Below, in pieces: positions 52,122-62,421 of a DNA stretch of 64,000 bases. The first letter of the stretch is position 1. Each line of letters starts with the position of its first letter. A program made the translations under genes and the position numbers. This stretch comes from Candidatus Poribacteria bacterium (lineage in GTDB: Bacteria; Poribacteria; WGA-4E; WGA-3G). Below the pieces are notes generated by a model, which was not told where the DNA came from, made no database searches, and saw nothing but the letters and a program-made list of their open reading frames with translations. The stretch lies in NCBI GenBank assembly GCA_965215265.1, contig OZ244048.1, forward strand, positions 4,000,001 through 4,064,000. The letters are read 5' to 3'.

Positions 52122-55100
52122 ATGTGGACGTTAATCAAACGTGTCGGGAAAAACAGAAAGTGGCTTTTGAGCACGTTGTTACTTATTAGTCTCGCTTGTA
52201 CGTTAGCATTTTACATCCGGTCTGTCGCTTTTCTGGATTGGATAGGCGAGCATGTTGAAAAGGAGATTCAAGAGCAGATAACTTCTGAATACATTGTGCA
52301 TCTCGGCAAAATTCAAGGGAATATTTTGCGAGGTGTTCACATTGAAGGCATCCGGGTTGTCACAGCAGAAGAACAGAGTGACGTGATTTCCACCGGTGAG
52401 ATTGTCCTAAAGTACAATCTGCTTGCCCTCTTACGGCGGAAATTTGTTGTTACTGCCTTAGAGGTTTCTGAACCGTGGATTCATGCCGTCGTGTCTGAAA
52501 ACGGAACGTTCAATCTAACGCAAATTTTTCGCCCGCGTTCTCCAGAAACTGACTCACAATTCAGATTTGCAGTAAAACAGGTTCACTGTCAGGGTGGAGT
52601 CATCCGTTTTGCCATGATTAAGCAGAACCTTGAGATTGCAATTGAAGGGGTGTCTCTTGAACTGAAAGGTCCGCTAAACGAATGGCATCATACCGGAAAA
52701 TTTGCGATTAAGACCGGCTCCCTTCGCATTGGGCGAAGTTCGCACGTAACTCAGACAAAACTACCCGGAGAACTGACAACAACTATAGAACGTTTCAAGG
52801 CAGACTTTCTGCTCTCTACTAGTGGCAATCAGCTAAAGGAGCTCTTCCTTAAATTCGGCAATTCGGCTTTGAAAATTAGAGGTGAGTCCAATCCGAAAAT
52901 GTGGAGCAGTGAGATAACATTGCTGTTAGATTTGAAACAGCATCAGCATCTTATTACACACGTGCTCCGTCAAACTGAAGTGAAATCCTTACTTCAAGGG
53001 ATGGCTGTTGTTAGACTGAGCGTGCAAGAGACCGATGCTACTTTGGGCGGCACGTTGAGAATAAACATGTCGCCCGTGACGTTGCGACATCCTAAACGAG
53101 AAGAGACAGTAAATATAACGGACGTGGATGTTGATGCAGATTTCGCACTGCATCCGGTGCCGAGATTGACGTTAAGTACCTTCCGTATACGAGGCGCGGG
53201 CGGTAGTTTGGCTGGAAAAGCGCGGCTCACCGTTCAACCCGCTGTGCAAGCCGCGGAAAACAGCGACGAGAACCCAGAAACGGAACTGTTGGCTCGCCTC
53301 CAACGTCTTGCCAAACGCCCTATCATCTACGAGGGAGAGTGGCACGCGACGAAAATTCACCTTGAGTCACTTTTCCCGATACTACCAGAGTGGATACGAG
53401 ATATCTTTGATGTTGACACAACCTCGGCGAACCTATTGACAAGCGGAGCTTTTAGCGGGAGCTACCCAGGCTTCAACAAGAGAGCACCAGACATCAAAAA
53501 TCGGCATCCCGTGAAAACCCTCCGGCTCCACAGCAAGTTCCAACTTACAAATACTGTCTTAAACGATGTCCCCGTTGCCAATTCAACCTTCAACTGCACT
53601 ATTGAAGATTTAAAAGGTGCTGGCGCTGTGGTTGATGTTATAGGCAATCTGGATGCAGAGACCGGGCTCAGCCTCAAGGGACCGCTCGTACCAACGCCCG
53701 GAAAACCCTTACAACTCCAGCTGACTTCTATTGATATGAGCAAGGTCATGCGTGTTTTCAACTCGGCGGACCTCGGGGGAAAAGCGGTGCTCACTGCGAA
53801 CATTTCTCATGACAAAACCACAACCGGTTCTATTGAAATACCGGACGCAACCTTCATGAACATCCCCCTCGGCGTTTTGGGAGGCGGTTTTCGTTATAGA
53901 ACCGGACAGGTATTCATTGAAAATGGTTTCCTCAATAAGGGGGAGAGTCGCCTCTCAATTGTCGGCACTGTTGATGTTGCCGGAGAATTGCCAGCGAATT
54001 TTCGGGTAGTCGGGGCACCTTCCGTGCAAGTTGCGGATTATAAATTACTTTTATTCGGAACGGATTATCCTATTGAGGGGGTGGTTACCGGTGAACTGCA
54101 TTTGGACGGTTCATTGACACATCTGAACGGCAGAGGCAACTTTCATGTGAACGCGGGTGAGGCGTGGGGTATCCACCTAGATGCACTAACGCTTCCGTTG
54201 GAAATTGAGAATTACGGCATTAGAATTCCTGATTTCAAGATTTCTGCGCGCGGCGAAGAAGTTATTTTTAACTTTGATATGCAACCAGACGGCAGCTTTG
54301 AGCTCGCGATAAAAAACCGAGAGGGGGTTCCTATCCGATTAACCGAAATTGCAAAAGCAGCAGATATTTCTGACTTTCCCATAGGCGCAAAGATGGATGT
54401 CGACTTCGTGGGAACACAGCGCGTCAACGAGGCGCTTGATTTTCGAGTTGGCCTCAATTTTTCAGACATCACATTTGAAAATAACCCCCTTGGTGATGCT
54501 TATCTGCTTGGTAGACTTGTAGAAGATGGAAACCGAGCTACCCTTTTATCTCCAGCTGGCGATGAAGATAAAAAGGGAGGTTTCTTCCGTTTTGATGGAT
54601 ACGGGTTTGGAGCGGCGAGTCAAATACAAGGCGAAATTAGCACTGAGGGTGACAGTCCATACCATTTCGTAGTCGTCAGCGAAGCCATGCCAGTTTCGCC
54701 TATTTTGCGTATCTTTAATCAGGAACTTCAGGCAGTTACAGGTACAGCCGATAGTACCGTTCACATCCGCGGCAACCTTACCGAACTGAGCCCGGATGCA
54801 TCTGGTTCCAAACAGGTCTTTCCGTACAATCTGGATATTACGGTGGAACCTACATTACTACACTATCAGGGCGTTGCATTTGAAAATGAAAAACCGATTC
54901 ACTTGGAATTGGTAGATGACGTTTGGACGATTAAGGCGTTCGCACTCACAGCGGAAAAAGCCCCGTTTATTGAAGTCGCCGGCACATTTCTGGCTGGAAG
55001 TGGAGCAATAGATGTACGCGCTGCCTCAACAGGGCTCGCGCTAGATGCTATCGGAAAAATGTTCCCCACCCACCCAAGTCCAATCAGTGGTATTGCACAG

Positions 55101-58100
55101 TATACACTCACTGCAAGCGGAACAATGGCTCAGCCTATCCTTAAAGGAAACTGGGCAATTCCGCACTTAAGTATCAAAACAGAAATCGGGGATGTCGTTA
55201 TCAGCGATGCAGAGGGGCGGATAGAATATCAAAAGAATTACGTGATTATTGAACCGTTTACCTTGCAGGTTTTAGGAAATGAAATAGAAATCGAAGGAGA
55301 TATCGCAGTAAATCCAGAGGAATTCACGAGTTCTTATCTGAACGTGACGAGCCGTGCTGCTACCTTGGATTTAGCAAAATTTGAGACTTTAGTCAGAAAC
55401 GCTCTTCCACCTAAAACAGTGGAGTTGCTTGTTGGTGAAAAGAAATCGGAGATGGCGGGGAAAAGGTATTCTTCTCTCATGGCAGAGACAGAAAACCGAA
55501 CCCCGCCAGTGGATTCACCGGACTTAATTGCCGGAATGTTAGACGTTTTGATAGGACTGAGTGGGAGCCTTGCTAAACCGGTTATTACGGTTCATGCTGC
55601 TAGTGTGCAGGATGCACTGATACGCGTTGGCGTGTTCGCTAAGCCAATTAGATTGGAAAATTTGCACATGGAACTGACACCAACTCTAAAATTTATTCAG
55701 GTGCGGAACTTGGATGCTGATTGGTATATAGGCAATGGGGCTTATCACGCTAAAGGCGAAGCCTCATTTGCGACGGATGCACTAAACGATATGCGGTTTG
55801 CAATGGATGTGTCCGCTGAGAACATGGAGATAAGAGATTTCACCGCATTGGTTTGGGATAGAGAGGAGTTGGGTGGGTGGGAGCCCAACTCCTCGCTCAC
55901 GTCTACGAAAATAGACCCGGTACACTTGGAACCGACATCACCGATTCATGGCACGCTTTCAGGAGACGTGAGGCTCGTACGGAAGGGGAGAGGAGGAGTT
56001 GGGCTCCCACCCACCCAAGTCCAACTCCTCGACGATATATCGATGGGGGCGGAGGTTTATCAATTGAATCTTTCTGCATACTCGATGCATATCCTGAATC
56101 GTTCACCTTTTAAAGTTTCATCGGTAAAGGAGGGGTTCACTGGACATATTCCGCTGCGGCTTGTTTCTGATGAAGTGGATATAGAAGTGGATGTGAAGTT
56201 TGGAGGCACGTTGGTTTCTCCGGAAATCGTCACAACATGGCACGGTACCCTTGGGCACGTGGATTCGGTAGGTGAGGTAGAATATCAAAATGAACAGTTA
56301 AACCTTGTTAATATTGAACTCACATCTCAAGACACTCATAAAGCGCACAAATTAATGCTCAGCGGTATCATTCCGCTCAATGGACGGTTTGACCGAAACA
56401 TCGACGTGCATCTCCGTGGCCATGAACTTCCGCTGATTTTTTTTCCGGGGCTTGATGCATTTTTATCTGAGGTAGAAGGCGTTGTTGATATAGATGTAGT
56501 ACTTCGCGGTACAACCCGTTCACAGTATTTAGAGGGAAGCGTTTCGGTAGAGGCCCCACGGCTCTGGCCGAGAAACTTTCCTGAACCGCTACAGAATACA
56601 AAATTGCAGCTCAAAGCACAGAAAAACCTCATAGATGTAACGAAATTCCAATTTGAGTTAGCAGATGCGAACTGCACGCTTGAACAGAGTCAATTGATTT
56701 TAGACGGGTTAATCCCCCAAAGATTTGAAATCGCCGGACTGAAGGTTGAAGACTTAAACCTCGTTAAAATTTTTCCACAGTTCTCCGAACCGCTTAGCCA
56801 TAATGCGTTTATAACAGATGGGAAACTGACTACAATTCTTAAAGAATTCGTACTGCCGTTGGATGGTTTTTTTGCGAATCCAGTCGGTTCCTTGGACAGA
56901 CAGGTCTCTCTTGGAGAGATGATGCCCGTCCCCAAAATTCGAGAGATGCCAACTCTAGTACGTGCAGCAGAAGTCTCAACAGGACTGTTGGAAATAGAGC
57001 ATGCCCGTTTAGTTTTTGTGCTTCCATACGCTAACCAACCCTACGATTTCCGGAGTAAAGAGCCGATTCCGATTCGGTTCAAGCGAGGCGTTATCTCCTT
57101 AGATGAGGGCTTTCATTTTGAAAATTTTTATACGGAACCAGGAGGAACGGAGGCAGGGCCATTTCCAAACGGGATCGGAGATGGCGAGGAAAAGGTATTC
57201 TTCTCTCATGGCAGAGACAGAAAACCGAACCCTGCCAGCCGGACACCGGATGAAGAGCCGCTTTTATCTGATGGTAAGGGTAACTTTGTTAGGACGGTTT
57301 TTAGTGGGGATGTGGGGAGCCGATGGGAACTAAAAGGCGATTTAGATACCACAGTTCGGTTAAAAAATTTTGATGTATCGGCCCTAACCAGACGGTGGCC
57401 CCCGGAATATCGAGTGAAGGGAACGTTATCCGGGAGTTTACACGTTGATGGCACCGCTGCAAATCCGAGGATAACAGTCCGACGTAACAAACCAGCAAAC
57501 AGAAAAGAGAAAGATGGGATTGAACTAAACGGCATCCCCGTGGAGCTCAATGGACGGCTCCGCTACCAAACTGGAGAATGGAAAATTTCAACCAGACGCC
57601 CTTTTCAAGTTACCCTTGGCGAGAATCAACTGACCTGTGTGCTTACTGTACCCTTAGAACTATCTAAAATTGCCGAGCGTTTCGGATTAGACCGTGCTGT
57701 CGATGAGACAGACCTAACACGAGATAGTTTAGTCGGCTCTACAAATTTTGTTGGGGAAATAGATGTCGCGGTAAGAAATCCTAACATGCTTTCATTTGTC
57801 GTGCCGGGATTTCGGTCTGCAAAAGGCAGCGGGACAACGCATATCACATTTTTCGGGACGCTTAATTCGCCAAAACTGAGTGGAATAGCGCGGTTCAACG
57901 ACTTTGCGGTTCAACTTCCAGAGGCAGGGCTATCCCTGAAAAATACAACGGGGCACCTGGAACTGTTGGAGACACGAGTTGACATCAAACAGGTTGAAGG
58001 GGTATTGAACGGGGGCGACTTTGCTCTCACAGGATCCTTGATATCGCCAGATGAACAGAGAATATGGCAGTTCCCGAATCAGGCTACCATAGATGTGAGT

Positions 58101-58949
58101 AGCGAGCTTAAAACAACAGCCGTTTTTGAACAACAAGGGCAGTATCAAGTTGTTCTTGATTCTGCAACGTTTCACCTGCACGGAAAACTTTCCCAGCCAA
58201 CTCTAACCGGGGACGTTAATGTTCGCTCCGGGTACTATCAGCAAAATTGGGAAGATGTTACAGATTGGCTTACTGCTTCTTCAGAGGTAACGGAAGTTGA
58301 ATTAGCATTAGATTATCCGGTTTTGAGAGATTTGGTTTTACAGTTCGGGGTGAACATTTCCGATAGTTTTCATGTGTTATCTTCGGTTGTCGGGCCGACT
58401 GACGTTGAAATTGCATGCTTTGGCCGCCTTATCGGGCCAGTTCAGCAACCCATTTTCACCGGGAACGTATCGTTCCTCAGAGGTACAGTAGGGCTCTTTG
58501 CACGTACTTTTGAAATTGTTAGTGGTTCAGATATCAGAAACCAGAGTACTGACACTTTTAATCCAGATCTTAACCTCTCACTTAGCACCGCTGAACCGTT
58601 GCATGGTGTCCCCCTTAGAGATGGCAGTACCGTAGATCTGCTCGTTAAGCTTGCGTATACCGGTAAATTGGACAATCCGAATCTCAATATTAGCGCGGAG
58701 GCGCTTAGTGCTTCTACGACATATTTGCCAACTGATGAGGAGATTCTCGCGCTGCTGACGCAACGTTTCTCTATTTCACGTGCCTTCGGGGGAATTACCT
58801 TCACCTTTTTACCGTTTTCACATGGGGTGAAAGGACGGAATATCAGTGCTGAGTATCCGCTGCCTTTAGGTAGAAATATGTCTATCAGAGTTGAACGTGA
58901 TGAGGAAGGGGAATATGGCGTTGATTTTCAATTAGAGGGCCGTTTTTAG
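52122..58949 (+). CDS. tamB: TamB/AsmA-like translocation and assembly module protein
   Basis: 2275 aa, N-terminal TM anchor, beta-taco-like repeats, DUF490-like C-terminus ending GVDFQLEGRF; adjacent to an Omp85 gene. Confidence 0.75.
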   Translation: MWTLIKRVGKNRKWLLSTLLLISLACTLAFYIRSVAFLDWIGEHVEKEIQEQITSEYIVHLGKIQGNILRGVHIEGIRVVTAEEQSDVISTGEIVLKYNLLALLRRKFVVTALEVSEPWIHAVVSENGTFNLTQIFRPRSPETDSQFRFAVKQVHCQGGVIRFAMIKQNLEIAIEGVSLELKGPLNEWHHTGKFAIKTGSLRIGRSSHVTQTKLPGELTTTIERFKADFLLSTSGNQLKELFLKFGNSALKIRGESNPKMWSSEITLLLDLKQHQHLITHVLRQTEVKSLLQGMAVVRLSVQETDATLGGTLRINMSPVTLRHPKREETVNITDVDVDADFALHPVPRLTLSTFRIRGAGGSLAGKARLTVQPAVQAAENSDENPETELLARLQRLAKRPIIYEGEWHATKIHLESLFPILPEWIRDIFDVDTTSANLLTSGAFSGSYPGFNKRAPDIKNRHPVKTLRLHSKFQLTNTVLNDVPVANSTFNCTIEDLKGAGAVVDVIGNLDAETGLSLKGPLVPTPGKPLQLQLTSIDMSKVMRVFNSADLGGKAVLTANISHDKTTTGSIEIPDATFMNIPLGVLGGGFRYRTGQVFIENGFLNKGESRLSIVGTVDVAGELPANFRVVGAPSVQVADYKLLLFGTDYPIEGVVTGELHLDGSLTHLNGRGNFHVNAGEAWGIHLDALTLPLEIENYGIRIPDFKISARGEEVIFNFDMQPDGSFELAIKNREGVPIRLTEIAKAADISDFPIGAKMDVDFVGTQRVNEALDFRVGLNFSDITFENNPLGDAYLLGRLVEDGNRATLLSPAGDEDKKGGFFRFDGYGFGAASQIQGEISTEGDSPYHFVVVSEAMPVSPILRIFNQELQAVTGTADSTVHIRGNLTELSPDASGSKQVFPYNLDITVEPTLLHYQGVAFENEKPIHLELVDDVWTIKAFALTAEKAPFIEVAGTFLAGSGAIDVRAASTGLALDAIGKMFPTHPSPISGIAQYTLTASGTMAQPILKGNWAIPHLSIKTEIGDVVISDAEGRIEYQKNYVIIEPFTLQVLGNEIEIEGDIAVNPEEFTSSYLNVTSRAATLDLAKFETLVRNALPPKTVELLVGEKKSEMAGKRYSSLMAETENRTPPVDSPDLIAGMLDVLIGLSGSLAKPVITVHAASVQDALIRVGVFAKPIRLENLHMELTPTLKFIQVRNLDADWYIGNGAYHAKGEASFATDALNDMRFAMDVSAENMEIRDFTALVWDREELGGWEPNSSLTSTKIDPVHLEPTSPIHGTLSGDVRLVRKGRGGVGLPPTQVQLLDDISMGAEVYQLNLSAYSMHILNRSPFKVSSVKEGFTGHIPLRLVSDEVDIEVDVKFGGTLVSPEIVTTWHGTLGHVDSVGEVEYQNEQLNLVNIELTSQDTHKAHKLMLSGIIPLNGRFDRNIDVHLRGHELPLIFFPGLDAFLSEVEGVVDIDVVLRGTTRSQYLEGSVSVEAPRLWPRNFPEPLQNTKLQLKAQKNLIDVTKFQFELADANCTLEQSQLILDGLIPQRFEIAGLKVEDLNLVKIFPQFSEPLSHNAFITDGKLTTILKEFVLPLDGFFANPVGSLDRQVSLGEMMPVPKIREMPTLVRAAEVSTGLLEIEHARLVFVLPYANQPYDFRSKEPIPIRFKRGVISLDEGFHFENFYTEPGGTEAGPFPNGIGDGEEKVFFSHGRDRKPNPASRTPDEEPLLSDGKGNFVRTVFSGDVGSRWELKGDLDTTVRLKNFDVSALTRRWPPEYRVKGTLSGSLHVDGTAANPRITVRRNKPANRKEKDGIELNGIPVELNGRLRYQTGEWKISTRRPFQVTLGENQLTCVLTVPLELSKIAERFGLDRAVDETDLTRDSLVGSTNFVGEIDVAVRNPNMLSFVVPGFRSAKGSGTTHITFFGTLNSPKLSGIARFNDFAVQLPEAGLSLKNTTGHLELLETRVDIKQVEGVLNGGDFALTGSLISPDEQRIWQFPNQATIDVSSELKTTAVFEQQGQYQVVLDSATFHLHGKLSQPTLTGDVNVRSGYYQQNWEDVTDWLTASSEVTEVELALDYPVLRDLVLQFGVNISDSFHVLSSVVGPTDVEIACFGRLIGPVQQPIFTGNVSFLRGTVGLFARTFEIVSGSDIRNQSTDTFNPDLNLSLSTAEPLHGVPLRDGSTVDLLVKLAYTGKLDNPNLNISAEALSASTTYLPTDEEILALLTQRFSISRAFGGITFTFLPFSHGVKGRNISAEYPLPLGRNMSIRVERDEEGEYGVDFQLEGRF

Positions 58950-58950
58950 G

Positions 58951-61900
58951 ATGGGAATGCGACATAAGTTGGCGGTACAATTTGCGAAATGCTCGTTTTT
59001 TGGAAATTTACTGGTGTTTTTCACGTTCACCTTTGTGTGTTACGGCTTGCAGGAGCTGCCGAGAGCCAGTGCAGATGTTTCAGGAGACATAGGAGTTTCT
59101 GAGGCTATAACAAGTGAGACGCAACAGGGGCTGCCAGTGCATAATTCTGACGAGAATTTATATGAAAATCTCATTGTACGGAAAATTGACTATGACATTG
59201 ACGGTGTCCCTGTTTATGAGACTGCAGTAAGGAATAGGCTCAGGGAGCAGACATTTCTAAAAATTGGCACGCCGATTTCTCGGTTTGATGTTCAACGCAG
59301 CGTTAAATCTCTCTATAGTTCAGCAGCGTATTCTCAGATTAATGTTTATGCCCAAGTTATATCGGAAGGCGTTGTATTAAAATTTCAGTTGACGAGTGTT
59401 GCACGTATAGAAAAAATTGAAGTCAAGGGGGTTCCTGATGGGTTGCGTTCAGCGATTCAAAATACGATACAATCAAAACCGGGCGAGGCGTATGTGCCTG
59501 TATTTGCTAAGAACGATGTGGAACGCATCAAACGGGTGTGCGGCGAGCACGGTTATTTTAATGTGAAAGCCCTGTTTAAAATAGATACTATTGTATCGGA
59601 TTCCGCTGAAAGAATTGTCCCCGAGGGGAGGGTGAATTCTTCACGTGAAGACGAATCCCTCAACCTTTCGGACACTTCCAAAGCAAGAGCTTTAATCTAT
59701 CAGATCACCTTAGGCACTCCGTCCCGCATCGCTGGGCTGCAAATTCGAGGGCATGCAGCGATGTCCGCAGGTCGCATCAAGGCGGCTTGCCGCCTTGGCA
59801 TCGACGATATCTACCGCAAAACAGCTGTAGAGGCGGATATCCAATCGATTCGAGAACTGTATCGGAAAAATCGCTATTATACGCCTATTATTGTCCCTCA
59901 TTTTGACCCTAAAACAGGAGTACTACAATTTCGGATTGATGAGGGGAAACAGGTGCTGCTTGAGTTCGTTGCTTCAGATATCAAAATTGATGAGAAGGCG
60001 TTGATCGAGGAGGCGAGGTTTTCGTCAACTTCGCCTGCTTTGTGGCAGCAATCTATAATACGGTATTTTGAGAAGAGAGGTTACATCGGGACAACAGTGG
60101 ATGAAATACCTTTAGCAGTTGGTCCTTTAAAGGGGAAAGGGGGGATTAAGTTTATCATAAACCCAGGCGTACGCTATGTTGTTACACGCGTAACCTTTTC
60201 AGGGAATCAAGTATTTTCGGCAGCACAGTTGTTACAAGAGATGGAGCTGCACCCTACGGAAGGGGTTTGGCGGCTTTTCGGAAAAAAACGTTTTTTTGAT
60301 AAACAGATCCTAAAAAAAGATAGACAACGGCTGAAAATTTTATATGAGAAAACCGGGTATCCCTACGCTTCTATTGAGACAATAGCCACACCCGATAAAG
60401 ACAACGCCAATAAACAGAACATTGGAGAAATGGCGATTCATGTGATTATCACTGAATCCTATAAAGAGGTGATACATCGATGTCGTTTTCAGGGCAATCG
60501 CGCTGTAGGAACGGATATACTGCTTCAGCATCTCCCTTCTGATTTCCAATTGCCCCAACCGAATGTACGATTTGTTAGAATAGCCTATCAGAATGCCGTC
60601 GAAAAATCCTATCATGAACGTGGATACATTGATGTGACGGTAGAAGCACGATATATAGCCCAGACTGAAACGCCTATTTTTCAGGTGGAGGCTGATTTTT
60701 CGGAAGCCCTTGATGAGGGGCGACTGCCCGGGAAACTTCAAATGGAATTTGTCAATCGCGACTTACCGCTTGCCGGGACCTTTATCGCCTTAAAAATAGG
60801 AGAACTTTGGAGTATTCAAGATGTAGCCGGCAATCCTCGATATTCTTTGATACAACGTCAAACGTACCTTGAGGTTTTTGAACACGGGATGCTCCACCTT
60901 AATATTTTTGAAGGGGAACAATCGTACTTCGGCAAATTCCATTTTGAAGGCGAGCTCGATGTGAAATCGTATGTTCTCACACGTGAGGTAGCACACCTTC
61001 AGGGCACACTCTATACTCCTACGAAATTGAACGAAGCTGTACAGAATCTTTACGATACTGGCATTTTCCAACGCGTCCAACCCAAGCATAAGCCCCGTGG
61101 AACCACGACAGCTACCAGCACACCGGGAACATCCCTATGGGTGGCAGGGAAAAGGACAGAGAAAGATACCTATCCTGCCACTATTTTGCCAAAACACATT
61201 TCCCATCAGCACCGCGAAACTTGGATTGAACTTCAAAGACAGAAACCCGGTGCCTATGGCGGCGGTATCGGATACAGTTCTTTGGACGGCATCCGGCTCT
61301 CTTTTAGGTTAAGGCATTGGAACCTTCTCCAACGGAATATTCGAGGCAGTCTCCGAGGAAGGTTAGGCACGCGGGGCTATCTCTACGACGCAACCCTCAC
61401 GGAACCGTGGCTGGTCCGTCGAATTCACGGCAGTTTACAATTCTCCGGCAGAAATTTGGAGGAAGACGATAATGTACAGGCACTCCAAGGGAATTTTATC
61501 CTGAGCCGGAAATTCGCACGCGCTCATCTGCTCAATTTACAATATAACTACCGGAATCTACGCCAACAGGTCGAAGAAAATCTGAGAGATATCAGTTTTT
61601 CTGAACTTGAGGCACAACGAACAACCGTTAGCAGTCTACGATTCACATGGGCACATGACAGCCGGTCGCCCTACCTGAATCCAACGTCGGGCATGTTGAA
61701 TGAAGTGACGCTTGAATATGCAGGCGGTTTTTTGCAAGGAGAAACGAGTTTTGTAAAAACCACCACAGATTTCCGATATTACCAACAGCTCAGTACATCG
61801 GGACCTGTCTTGGCAACTGCATTGCGTTTTGGCATCACAAATGGGTTAGGCTCAAATCGTAGAGCAGAGCTCATCTCCTTTGAACGATTCTGGGCAGGGG

Positions 61901-62244
61901 GCATGAACACCATCCGCGGCTATGCAGAACGCGGGCTCGGCCCATTAGATAGCACCGGCCGATACCGTGGCGATGTACGCCTTATCTTCAACACGGAGCT
62001 GCGCTCCCCCAATTATGCGCTGTTTGATATCCTCCATCTTGGCGGCGTGGCGTTCTTTGATACGGGGAATGTATGGGGTTCAGTGGACGACATTGCCTTA
62101 GAGACGTTGCCTTCCGCAGTTGGTGTAGGGCTCCGCTTAACCTGGGGACCCATCACAGGCGGGATTGATTATGCTGTACCCCTACTTTCTATTCCAGGTG
62201 TTTCAGAAAATACATCCTATTTACAACTCGGAAGCACCTTTTAA
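58951..62244 (+). CDS. Omp85 family outer membrane assembly protein (BamA/TamA-like) with POTRA domains
   Basis: Repeated POTRA motifs (FSGN, Y...GY), ERFWAGGMNTIRGY lid motif, FFDTGNVW, terminal F. Confidence 0.9.
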   Translation: MGMRHKLAVQFAKCSFFGNLLVFFTFTFVCYGLQELPRASADVSGDIGVSEAITSETQQGLPVHNSDENLYENLIVRKIDYDIDGVPVYETAVRNRLREQTFLKIGTPISRFDVQRSVKSLYSSAAYSQINVYAQVISEGVVLKFQLTSVARIEKIEVKGVPDGLRSAIQNTIQSKPGEAYVPVFAKNDVERIKRVCGEHGYFNVKALFKIDTIVSDSAERIVPEGRVNSSREDESLNLSDTSKARALIYQITLGTPSRIAGLQIRGHAAMSAGRIKAACRLGIDDIYRKTAVEADIQSIRELYRKNRYYTPIIVPHFDPKTGVLQFRIDEGKQVLLEFVASDIKIDEKALIEEARFSSTSPALWQQSIIRYFEKRGYIGTTVDEIPLAVGPLKGKGGIKFIINPGVRYVVTRVTFSGNQVFSAAQLLQEMELHPTEGVWRLFGKKRFFDKQILKKDRQRLKILYEKTGYPYASIETIATPDKDNANKQNIGEMAIHVIITESYKEVIHRCRFQGNRAVGTDILLQHLPSDFQLPQPNVRFVRIAYQNAVEKSYHERGYIDVTVEARYIAQTETPIFQVEADFSEALDEGRLPGKLQMEFVNRDLPLAGTFIALKIGELWSIQDVAGNPRYSLIQRQTYLEVFEHGMLHLNIFEGEQSYFGKFHFEGELDVKSYVLTREVAHLQGTLYTPTKLNEAVQNLYDTGIFQRVQPKHKPRGTTTATSTPGTSLWVAGKRTEKDTYPATILPKHISHQHRETWIELQRQKPGAYGGGIGYSSLDGIRLSFRLRHWNLLQRNIRGSLRGRLGTRGYLYDATLTEPWLVRRIHGSLQFSGRNLEEDDNVQALQGNFILSRKFARAHLLNLQYNYRNLRQQVEENLRDISFSELEAQRTTVSSLRFTWAHDSRSPYLNPTSGMLNEVTLEYAGGFLQGETSFVKTTTDFRYYQQLSTSGPVLATALRFGITNGLGSNRRAELISFERFWAGGMNTIRGYAERGLGPLDSTGRYRGDVRLIFNTELRSPNYALFDILHLGGVAFFDTGNVWGSVDDIALETLPSAVGVGLRLTWGPITGGIDYAVPLLSIPGVSENTSYLQLGSTF

Positions 62245-62251
62245 TTTTCCC

Positions 62252-62421
62252 TTTTTCGTATATTTCAGTCCCATCAACGTCTATATTTTGATAACTCGTG
62301 TATAAATCTCGTCTGAGCCGTTCGATGTTTTGATTTTTAAAGACTATACCTAAGTCATCTCCGACGAATAAGAAGTTCTCCCTGCGAGTGGCAGGGACAA
62401 TTCTTAACGGAGATATACAAA
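62252..62421. repeat. Family-1 ~170-bp palindromic element with a nested family-3 hairpin (62370-62405)
   Basis: tttttcgtata...aaatctcgtctgagcc...ctccgacga...ggagatatacaaa, between convergent genes. Confidence 0.85.
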
